The notes beneath the pieces were generated by a model that was not told the DNA's origin, searched no databases, and worked only from the letters and a program-made list of their open reading frames with translations. A DNA stretch of 62,165 nt, filler included, from Candidatus Delongbacteria bacterium (GTDB taxonomy: Bacteria; UBA4055), in assembly GCA_016937995.1 (NCBI GenBank). It is 3 parts of 3 records of this genome, joined end to end, with 100 filler letters (N's around TTAATTAATTAA, not from the genome) between each part and the next. Parts side by side here need not be neighbours in the genome. Positions count along the whole stretch, not along the records: positions 27,736 to 44,276 come from JAFGVM010000065.1; 2 more parts are not named here. One strand, 5' to 3'. This document shows, one piece after another, positions 29,661-38,856 of the stretch. Position 1 is the stretch's first letter. Every line of letters starts with the position of its first letter. Made by a program: the position numbers and the translations under genes.

Positions 29661-30587
29661 ATGAAATACGTTATACTTATGATAGGAGTAGTTTACATAG
29701 CCTTATTGGCTATAAATAACAACAAGGAGAAAAAAATGACCGGTATAAAATTAAATGATCTAACTCCTGAACAGGAAAGAGTTATTCTGAATAAAGGTAC
29801 AGAGATGCCTTATAGCGGTAAATATGATAAATTTTTTGAAAAAGGTATATATACTTGCGCTCTTTGCAATGAACCATTGTATAAGTCTGAAGATAAATTC
29901 AATTCAGGTTGTGGATGGCCAAGTTTTGATGATGAAATTCCCGGAGCAGTGAAGAGAACGATAGACTCAGACGGTAGAAGGATCGAAATAACTTGTGCGA
30001 ATTGTGGCGGTCATTTAGGTCATGTGTTTGAAGGTGAAAATCTTACAGATAAAAACATCAGGCACTGTGTCAATTCAGTTTCAATGAACTTTATACCTGG
30101 AGAAAATATTAAGAAAGCATATTTTGCAGGTGGATGTTTCTGGGGGGTTGAATATTACATGGAAAAAATAGATGGTGTGATAGATGTTGTTTCAGGTTAC
30201 ATGGGTGGAACTATGGATAATCCAAACTACAGAGCAGTTACAACCGGAACAACAGGTCATTATGAATCAGTTGAAGTTACTTATGATGACAGAAAAACTG
30301 ATTTTGAGAAATTAGCCAGGGAATTCTTTGAGATCCATGACCCTACTCAGAGGAACGGACAGGGACCCGACATTGGAGAGCAGTATAGATCTGTTGTATT
30401 TTATTCAACTCAGGAAGAGAAACAAACGACCGAAAAACTTATCGGAATTCTAAGAAAAAATGGATTTGATGTAAAAACTATGATTAAAGAAACATCTGAA
30501 TTTTACGATGCTGAGTCCTATCACCAGAATTATTATGACAACAAGGGGTCTTTACCATATTGTCATTCAAAAAAGAAACGGTTTTGA
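29661..30587 (+). CDS. msrAB: Fused methionine sulfoxide reductase MsrB-MsrA
   Basis: MsrB motifs CALC, GCGWPSF, CANCGGHLGHVF, RHCVNS and MsrA motifs GGCFWG, GYMGG, AESYHQNY. Alternative start at 29736. Confidence 0.93.
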   Translation: MKYVILMIGVVYIALLAINNNKEKKMTGIKLNDLTPEQERVILNKGTEMPYSGKYDKFFEKGIYTCALCNEPLYKSEDKFNSGCGWPSFDDEIPGAVKRTIDSDGRRIEITCANCGGHLGHVFEGENLTDKNIRHCVNSVSMNFIPGENIKKAYFAGGCFWGVEYYMEKIDGVIDVVSGYMGGTMDNPNYRAVTTGTTGHYESVEVTYDDRKTDFEKLAREFFEIHDPTQRNGQGPDIGEQYRSVVFYSTQEEKQTTEKLIGILRKNGFDVKTMIKETSEFYDAESYHQNYYDNKGSLPYCHSKKKRF

Positions 30588-30814
30588 TCAGAGAGGGACA
30601 CAGAATAGTACCCCTCCTTGTGTTATTAATTCACTGAAATTTAATATACTTTTTGTTTTTATGGACAAATATCCGAGAAATGTCACTTGAACAAAATCAT
30701 CAAATTGTGCCTAAAATCATAAGAAATACTTTTTTTTATGTTGACAAATCACACTATATTTGCAATATTATAGGTCCATTGGATACTATTATTAATTAAA
30801 GAAGAAGAAATAAA

Positions 30815-31828
30815 ATGAGGAAGAGATCAATGCGATATATAGGTATAATTTTGCTTTCAATGGCCTTACTGATCCAGTTGTCATGTAAAAATGTGGATAC
30901 TGTAAGCAATGAACAGGTCAGATTGGAAGAAACAAAAGAAATGGAAATCAAAGCTGTTATAGAAGATAATGAGCAGAAAGTTGAGGAAGGTCTAATAGCT
31001 GAGGTCCTTGTTGAAGAAAAAGTAGAAGACATTCAAAAGATAGAGACCATTCAAGAGAAAGTTTCTGAAACTGTAAGCGGAGAAATCGCAGAAGCTGTGA
31101 TACCGGTCACTGTTGATAAACCGAAAGCTTCATATACTGATGAAAAAGGTATAGTGGCTTATGTTGAAGGAAAAGTTAAGAAAAAAGCTGTTGAAGAAAG
31201 TGACTGGAATGTAGAAGTAGCCGAAAAAGCAAAAGTGAAATCCAGAGAATCTTATAGAACTATGAAGAAATCCAGAGCGGAACTTGAGCTGTCAGGAATG
31301 GATATATTACGTTTGGCACCAAAGACAACTATCGATCTTGTAGCCCTTTATGAAGAGGCAAAAGATGGTAAGCAGAAGACTGATATTAAACTTTCAGAAG
31401 GGGATCTTTGGGCTCAGGTAAATTCTGCAGATGATGAAAGTGAATTTATGATGGATACTGATATAGCTGCTGCGGCTATTACAGGTACAAACTTCAGGAT
31501 GTCCAAGACAGGCGACGTAACAGAAATGAAAGTTTATCACGGAGAGGTTAAGATATCTAATTCAAAGAAGAATATGAACTCACTGGCTCCAAAATCCGTA
31601 AGAGAATTTTCAGAGCCTAAGCAAACTTTTGGACCAAAAGAAGTAACAGGACCAAAAGAAGTGTCACTAGAAGAATGGGTCTATGTCGTTAAAAATATGC
31701 AGCAAATCAAATTTGACCGAACTGGTAAAGTAATCTCTGCCGGAGATTTTACTGCAAAAGATGCAGAAGAAACAACAGACTGGGTTAAGTGGAACAAAAT
31801 ACGTGACAGACAAAGAGGTTTGAAATAA
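30815..31828 (+). CDS. FecR-domain lipoprotein
   Basis: Lipobox QLS-C, acidic linker and FecR pattern (RT...SRAEL...LRL...TTI, GT-x-F, VYHGEV). Confidence 0.75.
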   Translation: MRKRSMRYIGIILLSMALLIQLSCKNVDTVSNEQVRLEETKEMEIKAVIEDNEQKVEEGLIAEVLVEEKVEDIQKIETIQEKVSETVSGEIAEAVIPVTVDKPKASYTDEKGIVAYVEGKVKKKAVEESDWNVEVAEKAKVKSRESYRTMKKSRAELELSGMDILRLAPKTTIDLVALYEEAKDGKQKTDIKLSEGDLWAQVNSADDESEFMMDTDIAAAAITGTNFRMSKTGDVTEMKVYHGEVKISNSKKNMNSLAPKSVREFSEPKQTFGPKEVTGPKEVSLEEWVYVVKNMQQIKFDRTGKVISAGDFTAKDAEETTDWVKWNKIRDRQRGLK

Positions 31829-31863
31829 ATTAATAATAAGACAATGAAACCAAGGAGTAATTT

Positions 31864-32676
31864 ATGAAGAAGTTAACGGTCATTACAATGTTGATCATGG
31901 TGCTTTCGCTTTTTGCACAGGGTGAGATCGACTGGGAGAGAAGAGTTGTAACTGCAAGTGGAATTGGTGCTCCAAATCCAAATATGCCGAACATGGCAGC
32001 AAAAAGAGCGGGAGCGATCAATGCAGCGAAAATGTATGCTGTAAGAGACTTGGTAGCTACAATTAAAGGTATGTATCTTTCTAGTGAAAGTAACGTTGAA
32101 AATTATATGACAACTTCAGATGTTGTGAAAACTCAGGTGGAAGGAATCGCTAAAGCATATAGAATGGTTGGAAAACCAAAATATTTCGAAGATGGATCAG
32201 TAGAGGTGACTGTAGAAATGAGCATTGATGGTGACTTGAGTTCTCTTATAATGAAAGAACAGCAGTTTGATACAGAAGCTCCGGCAGTAGCTGAGGCTGA
32301 TTACAAACTTTCTGACATCGCAACAGATAAACCTGACGTTTACACAGGTTTGATAATCGATTGTTCAGAAGTGCAGTTAAGACCTGCATTATCTCCTAAA
32401 GTATTGAGTAAATCAGGTGCTGAGATCTATGGTTCAGCTAATGTATCAAGAGATTTCGCAGTTCAGCAGGGAATGCTTGGATATCTTAAGGATATTGAAA
32501 AAGCAAAAGCAACTTCCAGAGTACAAAATAACCCTTACATCATAAAAGCTATCGGTGTTCAGGGAACTAATAAAGCTGATATTGTTATCAGTGATGAAGA
32601 TGCTGCAAAAGTTAAAGAACTTTCAGCAAACTTGAACTTCTTAAGGGAATGTAGAGTTATAGCGATCATAAAATAA
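31864..32676 (+). CDS. Exported LPP20/FlgT_N-like protein, paralog 1
   Basis: Sec signal peptide. Motifs IDWE..V.ASGIG, AKRAGAINAAK and YTGLIIDC..LRPALSPK. Confidence 0.7.
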   Translation: MKKLTVITMLIMVLSLFAQGEIDWERRVVTASGIGAPNPNMPNMAAKRAGAINAAKMYAVRDLVATIKGMYLSSESNVENYMTTSDVVKTQVEGIAKAYRMVGKPKYFEDGSVEVTVEMSIDGDLSSLIMKEQQFDTEAPAVAEADYKLSDIATDKPDVYTGLIIDCSEVQLRPALSPKVLSKSGAEIYGSANVSRDFAVQQGMLGYLKDIEKAKATSRVQNNPYIIKAIGVQGTNKADIVISDEDAAKVKELSANLNFLRECRVIAIIK

Positions 32677-32686
32677 ACAGGGTCAA

Positions 32687-33655
32687 ATGATGAAAAAATT
32701 TATATTACTTGTAATATCAGCTTCATTTATCCTAACAGTCGGATGTTCTTCAACTGCTGTTAAGGAAGAAGCGAAAATTGAAGTTAAACCCGAAACGGTA
32801 GTGGAAAAGAAAGTTGAACCTGTGATGGAAAAAGTGATCACACCTCCTGCTGCAGACATAGTAAAAGTCGTTGTTCAGGAACCTATAGAACCGGTCGTTG
32901 TAAATGGTGTAGATTGGTCTAACAGAACTATTACTGCTACAGGTATAGGGGCACCAAATCCCGATGCTCCGAATATGGCAGTTAAAAGAGCCGGTGCCAT
33001 CAATGCTGCAAAAATGTATGCTGTTAGAGACATGATAGCTACCATTAAGGGAATGTATGTTTCCAGTGAAAGTGTAGTAGAAAATTATATGACCACCTCT
33101 GATGTTGTAAAAACACAGGTTGAAGGAATCGCTAAAGCGTTCAGAATGGTCGGTAAACCTAAATATTTCGAAGACGGATCTGTAGAAGTTACAGTTGAGA
33201 TGAGCATAAACGGTGACCTGAGTGATCTTGTTCTTGGTGGTGAAACTTTTGACGAAACTGCTCCTGTAAAAGAAGCTGACTATAAATTGTCTGATCTTGT
33301 GCCGGATCAACCGGGAGTTTACACAGGTTTGATAATTGACTGTAGAGCGGTTCAGTTGAGACCTGCGTTATCACCTAAGATATTCAATAAAGCTGGTACA
33401 GAGGTATACGGAAGTGCAAATGTTTCTAAAGAATTTGCTGTTCAGCAGGGAATGCTGGGATATTTGAAGGACGTTGAAAAAGCTAAGCAAAATTCCAGAG
33501 TCGTAGGAAACCCCTTAGTAATAAGTGCTATCGGTGTTAAAGGAACAAACAAAGCAGACATCATTATAAGCGATGAGGATGCTGCAAAGATAAAAGAACT
33601 TTCAACTAAATTGAATTTTTTACAGGAATGTAGAGTAATAGCGATAATCAATTAG
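32687..33655 (+). CDS. LPP20/FlgT_N-like lipoprotein, paralog 2
   Basis: Lipobox TVG-C, Pro/Glu/Val linker, then a close copy of the preceding protein. Confidence 0.75.
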   Translation: MMKKFILLVISASFILTVGCSSTAVKEEAKIEVKPETVVEKKVEPVMEKVITPPAADIVKVVVQEPIEPVVVNGVDWSNRTITATGIGAPNPDAPNMAVKRAGAINAAKMYAVRDMIATIKGMYVSSESVVENYMTTSDVVKTQVEGIAKAFRMVGKPKYFEDGSVEVTVEMSINGDLSDLVLGGETFDETAPVKEADYKLSDLVPDQPGVYTGLIIDCRAVQLRPALSPKIFNKAGTEVYGSANVSKEFAVQQGMLGYLKDVEKAKQNSRVVGNPLVISAIGVKGTNKADIIISDEDAAKIKELSTKLNFLQECRVIAIIN

Positions 33656-33735
33656 AACATTGTGAGTTGAGTCACAGTTTATTGACAAGGATATTGCTTA
33701 ATTGCACTGTAATCAAAAAACAAAAGAGGTAAATT

Positions 33736-34914
33736 ATGAAGAAGTTGATAATTTTATTATTAAGTCTGACATTCATTCTTACAGTTGGATGTTCACCGGA
33801 CACAAGAAAATCTGAGTCTGTTCTTGACAGTCCTGAAATGCATATCAGTATGGGAATGAAATTTTTTAATGATGGAAAGTACGAGGAAGCAAAAAAAGAA
33901 TTTGATGATGCTATAAAGATCGACTGGAAGAAGGAAGATAAGGCAGGTGCATACGCTGGTCTTGGAATGTATTATGCTATCAAAGGTGACAAAGGTAAAG
34001 CTAAGGACAACGCTAAGGAAGGTATATCTTTAAATAAGAAGCTTCCTCTTGTTCACACTTGCTATGGTAGAACGTTAGGTATCTTGAACAAAGGTGTTAA
34101 TGCTGATGAGTGGCTGGAAGATGCTGTGGATGAATTCGATAAAGCTTTGGAGTTGGCTGATGAGTTAAGAGACATCAAAGCTCAGGCTGAAGCACATTAT
34201 TTCAAAGGTATCACAGCAAAATATGCTTATGATTTTTCTATGGCAAAGAAAGCTTTTGCAGAGGTTGTTAAGCTTAAAAGCCTTTATGCAACAGAAGCAA
34301 ATGCTGAGTGGGAAAAAGTTCAGATGATCGAAAGAGCAAGACCAGGTACCAAAGTGGGTGCAAAAGTTGCCTTGTTGGATGAGGTTGGTAAAGCTGAGAT
34401 CGCAGTTCTTTTTATCGAAGAGTTAAAGATCAACCAGATCCTTGATAAAAGAGAAAAGAAAGAGTATGATACTGAATTCAAAGCTCCTGAAGATCCAATG
34501 AAGTACGAAGCAGAAAAGGCTGAAGCTAAGCTTGCAGTAGATATTGATAAAAGCTGGGCAAAGAGTTGGATAATGCAGGTTCTAGAGAAAGGGGTGATGG
34601 AAACAGCTCCGGATCATAAATTCTATCCTGACAAAAAGATCACCAGAGCTGAATATGCTTTAATGCTTCTTAGAGTTATGGTAATGATCACTAACGATGA
34701 GAGTCTTTATACAAAGCACTTCGGTGAAGAGAATTCAATGTTCGTTGATGTTAGAACATCTCATCCTGCATACAATGCAATGGCAGTCTGTGCTACAAGA
34801 GGTATCATGAAAGCCAACATTAATGGTGAGTTCGAACTAAGTAAGACTATTTCTGGTGCGGAAGCACTTTTAATTATCAGAGAATTCCAGAATGCATTGA
34901 GTTTGACATTCTAG
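33736..34914 (+). CDS. TPR + S-layer homology (SLH) domain lipoprotein
   Basis: Lipobox TVG-C, TPR helices, SLH motifs DI..SWA...FYPDKKITRAE and FVDV..HPAY...GIM. Confidence 0.8.
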   Translation: MKKLIILLLSLTFILTVGCSPDTRKSESVLDSPEMHISMGMKFFNDGKYEEAKKEFDDAIKIDWKKEDKAGAYAGLGMYYAIKGDKGKAKDNAKEGISLNKKLPLVHTCYGRTLGILNKGVNADEWLEDAVDEFDKALELADELRDIKAQAEAHYFKGITAKYAYDFSMAKKAFAEVVKLKSLYATEANAEWEKVQMIERARPGTKVGAKVALLDEVGKAEIAVLFIEELKINQILDKREKKEYDTEFKAPEDPMKYEAEKAEAKLAVDIDKSWAKSWIMQVLEKGVMETAPDHKFYPDKKITRAEYALMLLRVMVMITNDESLYTKHFGEENSMFVDVRTSHPAYNAMAVCATRGIMKANINGEFELSKTISGAEALLIIREFQNALSLTF

Positions 34915-34944
34915 TTTACAGTGGTCAGTGACCAGTGTACAGTG

Positions 34945-34970
34945 AGGGCGTTTTATAACGCCCTTTTTTT
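34945..34970 (+). terminator. Intrinsic terminator of the FecR/LPP20/SLH operon
   Basis: AGGGCGTT-ttat-AACGCCCT followed by a T run. Confidence 0.85.
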
Positions 34971-35125
34971 ATTTCATCGTTTAGATTGACACCTTTGATT
35001 TCTGATTTCTAACTTAAACGATAGGCATGAACCTGTCTTTTTTTTATTTTAGCTTTGTAAAAAGCTCAATTATTAATTATATTATTAGTCCATTATAGCA
35101 TATATGAATTTATTAGGTAATAAAT

Positions 35126-38100
35126 ATGGATAACAAGTTAGTTACTGTTACTAAAGGCCTTGATAATGTTAAGGACCTTAAAAGTCTGTTGATCAAGCTT
35201 ACTGATATTACCAAGGAGCTTTTGAGTGCAGACCGCTGCAGTATTTTTCTTTACGATGAAAAGAAGGATGATCTTTTTACTTACGTTGCTCACGGAGTCG
35301 ATGAGATAAGGATATCCAAGAGTAAGGGTATAGTCGGGCACTGCTACGTCAACAATAAAACTCTGAACATCCAGGATGCCCAGAATGAACCTTTGTACAG
35401 CAAAGAATCCGAAAAATTTACCGGTTACAAAACACTTACAATGTTATCCATGCCTATAGCAAGTAAGAACAAAATGAATATCGTAGGTGTTTTTCAGGTA
35501 CTGAATAAGACAAATAACAAACCTTTTAACATTGAAGATGAAGAATTACTGAAGAATATGTCATCTTATGCAGCATCTCTTTTAAGTAAGGCATTAAACT
35601 ACGCGAATTCCATGAAACTTGATGAAAGTGAGATGGAAACTATCACAAATGTATTTGATGATGACATAGTATCAAAAATAAGTACATCTATAATACCACT
35701 GAGAATAAGAGCTAACATTAACGAGGCTGATGTATATTTCCCGTACGAAGGTCTTCAAGTAGACATTTACTCCATAGAAAATAATTTTTTCATAATTCAG
35801 AAAGATGATCTTAATACTGTATCGGTAGATAACTATATCCTAGACAAAAATACACCTTTCAAAGTACTTTTTAACTCGAATATCAAGATAAATGATTATA
35901 CGATCCTTTACGAGCAGATAAAATCATACTTTAAAATAAAACTGAATTATTACAACAAAAAAACTTTTTTCCTGAACAAGCAGGAAGATGAGATCATACT
36001 TGATAAAGAAAAGGACCAGACAAGTATTGCAAAGCTATTCCTGGTAAAATCTATCATTAAGATTGAATTGCTTTCAGATGATTCAGAGCTGCTGATAAAC
36101 AGGGTCAGGGGCTACAATACGATATATGTCAACATCAACGATGTTATACAGATAAACGGCAAGAACCTGAATATTAAGAAGATCGTTTATGAAAATATCA
36201 TCGAAAAAGAGTTCTATCATATAGATCTTGAGGAGTTCGATTTTACAATTTCAAATAAGAAAGCTGACATTGTAGTTGAGGATGAGATAGATCATCAGTG
36301 GAAGTGTTTGATCAGACTTCATGAAGGCAAGTATTATTTTATCAATGAGAACTGCCCTTACGACGTATACCTAAACGATAAGACTGTTACAAAATACGAA
36401 CTTAAACAGGGTGATAAACTTTATATCAACGGTAATATCCTGATATTGGATTTTGAGAACAACAGTATTGAAAGATCAAGGTTCAGTTTCAGTTCGTTTG
36501 TAGTCAATAAGGTGAAGCATTATTTCAGTGATAATACCCTGGGCATTGACGACATTTCTTTCGAAATGGAGCATGGTGACCTTATCGCTGTTATGGGACC
36601 AAGCGGTTGTGGAAAGTCAACTTTGTTGAATATAATAAACGGAAATTACAAACCCAGTCAGGGTGATGTATCTCTTGATAACATTGACCTTCATGAGAAC
36701 TATGCTTTTTTGAAAAATTTCATGGGATTTGTTCCCCAGGACGATCTTCTTTTCGATAATTTGACAGTTTATGAAAACCTGTTCTACAATGCTAAACTTA
36801 GAAATCCTGGAAAGAAAAAGGAAATCCTTGTTTCTCATGTTGATAAAGTACTAAAGGATATCAATCTTTTTGAGAAGAAAAACACAAAGGTCGGTAATGC
36901 TCTTGATAAAACTCTAAGTGGAGGAGAAAGAAAAAGGCTCAATATCGGCCTGGAACTACTTGCCGATTCAGAGGTCCTGCTACTTGATGAGCCAACATCT
37001 GGTCTATCATCAAAAGATTCAGAGAAGATAATTGAGTTGCTTAAAAGAATTTCACTGGATGGAAAAATTGTCTATGTGATAATCCACCAGCCAAGTTCAA
37101 AGATATACAAGATATTTGACAAGTTGATACTTTTGGACAAAGGTGGCAAGCTTGCATTCTATGGTAATAATTATAATTGTTTAAAATATTTCCGTGAGCA
37201 TTCAAGGCAGCATTTCGGAGAGGATATAGAATGTCCTGCATGTAAGAATGTTGAACCTGATCTTATTCTGGAAACGCTGGAGGAGCCTGCCAGGGATAAG
37301 GACGGAACCCCTTTAGACCATAGAAAGCATACACCGGATTATTGGAAAGAGGAATTCAATGACTACCAGAAGGTATCAAGTTCGGTAAAGATACCACAGC
37401 ACAAGAATCAATTTATTCCACCAAAACCTAAGCTTACAATAATTGAAAAATTTATGCAGTTCTTTGTGTTGCTTCAAAGGAATTTTGTAAACAAACTGAG
37501 AGATAAATCCAATCTTGCCATAACCTTCCTTGAAGCTCCGGTACTTGGTGCTATCATTGCCTTACTGCTTAAATATATTCCGGGAGAAGAATACTCTCTG
37601 TACGACAACAAGTATCTTATGACATTTATTTTCCTTTCCGTGATAGTGTCGATTTTCTTTGCTTTATCGAACAGTGTTGATGAAATAATAAAGGATGCAA
37701 CGATACTTCTCCGGGAAAAAATGCTTAACATAAACAGTTTTGAATATTATGTCTCAAAATTTCTGACACTGATGGTATTCTCCATAGTTCAGAATCTACT
37801 ATTTCTTATTGTAGGATTCTGGATACTGGAATTGAAAGAACTATTTGTGAATTACCTGTTAATTCTGACACTGGTATCTATTGCGGGTACTTCTATGGGA
37901 TTATTCATATCCTCATTTCCGAAACTTACTTCTAAAGCAGCTCAGAACATAATACCATTAATATTGGTACCACAGATCATTTTTGGTGGATTTATAGTAA
38001 AATTCCAGGATATCAACAGATCATTGTTCATAGATAAGAACGTTGCAATACCTGAAATCTGCCAGGTTATGATCTCAAGATGGGGTCTTGAAGCTCTTTG

Positions 38101-38581
38101 CATAACTCAGGATAAATATAACAGCTATCATTCTCAAAAAGATGAACTGCAGTCAACTCTAGATGAATTTATCGAGAATAAAAAAATGCATGTTAAAGTG
38201 ATGGGAAAGAAGGAATATAACGAAAAGAAATCTGAAATATTGAAACAACTGGATGTATTAAGACTGGAGTATAAAAAACCTTTCGGGAACAGAGAGCTGC
38301 ATACAACAGTTAATGAAGCGAAAGAAGATTTTACAATAGGTCTTAGTAAAAAATACGGTGCTAAAATACCCATGCTATCAGAGATTGATGTAGTTTATCC
38401 TATGTTCATTAACGAAAAAAGATTACCTTACACAAATAAGATCATTAGCACAGAGATCTATAATTCAATAATAATGGCGTTATTTGCTGCGTTATTAGCA
38501 ATGATATCGATATTGATGTTAGCTTACAGAGAGAAGATCACAAAACTTCAACAGAAAATAATAATGATGTTCAAGAAATGA
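35126..38581 (+). CDS. GAF + FHA-like + ABCG/White-type ATPase-permease fusion
   Basis: GAF (ADRCSIFLYD...GIVG...LNK...F..EDE), Walker A GPSGCGKS, LSGGE, LLLDEPTSGL, IHQP and about 6 TM helices of ABC-2 type. Confidence 0.85.
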   Translation: MDNKLVTVTKGLDNVKDLKSLLIKLTDITKELLSADRCSIFLYDEKKDDLFTYVAHGVDEIRISKSKGIVGHCYVNNKTLNIQDAQNEPLYSKESEKFTGYKTLTMLSMPIASKNKMNIVGVFQVLNKTNNKPFNIEDEELLKNMSSYAASLLSKALNYANSMKLDESEMETITNVFDDDIVSKISTSIIPLRIRANINEADVYFPYEGLQVDIYSIENNFFIIQKDDLNTVSVDNYILDKNTPFKVLFNSNIKINDYTILYEQIKSYFKIKLNYYNKKTFFLNKQEDEIILDKEKDQTSIAKLFLVKSIIKIELLSDDSELLINRVRGYNTIYVNINDVIQINGKNLNIKKIVYENIIEKEFYHIDLEEFDFTISNKKADIVVEDEIDHQWKCLIRLHEGKYYFINENCPYDVYLNDKTVTKYELKQGDKLYINGNILILDFENNSIERSRFSFSSFVVNKVKHYFSDNTLGIDDISFEMEHGDLIAVMGPSGCGKSTLLNIINGNYKPSQGDVSLDNIDLHENYAFLKNFMGFVPQDDLLFDNLTVYENLFYNAKLRNPGKKKEILVSHVDKVLKDINLFEKKNTKVGNALDKTLSGGERKRLNIGLELLADSEVLLLDEPTSGLSSKDSEKIIELLKRISLDGKIVYVIIHQPSSKIYKIFDKLILLDKGGKLAFYGNNYNCLKYFREHSRQHFGEDIECPACKNVEPDLILETLEEPARDKDGTPLDHRKHTPDYWKEEFNDYQKVSSSVKIPQHKNQFIPPKPKLTIIEKFMQFFVLLQRNFVNKLRDKSNLAITFLEAPVLGAIIALLLKYIPGEEYSLYDNKYLMTFIFLSVIVSIFFALSNSVDEIIKDATILLREKMLNINSFEYYVSKFLTLMVFSIVQNLLFLIVGFWILELKELFVNYLLILTLVSIAGTSMGLFISSFPKLTSKAAQNIIPLILVPQIIFGGFIVKFQDINRSLFIDKNVAIPEICQVMISRWGLEALCITQDKYNSYHSQKDELQSTLDEFIENKKMHVKVMGKKEYNEKKSEILKQLDVLRLEYKKPFGNRELHTTVNEAKEDFTIGLSKKYGAKIPMLSEIDVVYPMFINEKRLPYTNKIISTEIYNSIIMALFAALLAMISILMLAYREKITKLQQKIIMMFKK

Positions 38582-38838
38582 ATTTAAAAGAACTAAGAAA
38601 TAGAATTGACCAGTTAGACGAAAAGGTCATAAAGCTGATCATCGAAAGATTTGAAATAGTTGAACAGATCATGTCTCTAAAAAGTGAAGTAGAAGACAAA
38701 AACAGAGAAAAGGAGATATTAGATAAGATCAGGTCATTAACAGAAAATACAGGAAATCAGGAATTTTATAATGCGCTCTACAACAGTATTTTTACGGAAA
38801 GTAAACGAATTCAAAATAAATCAGGTAAACAAACATAA
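38578..38838 (+). CDS. Chorismate mutase type II (AroQ-like)
   Basis: LKELRNRIDQLDEKVIKLIIERF...K...D..RE...ES..IQ. ATGA overlap with the ABC gene. Confidence 0.8.
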   Translation: MNLKELRNRIDQLDEKVIKLIIERFEIVEQIMSLKSEVEDKNREKEILDKIRSLTENTGNQEFYNALYNSIFTESKRIQNKSGKQT

Positions 38839-38856
38839 TAGGTAAAGGTGAGAGAA

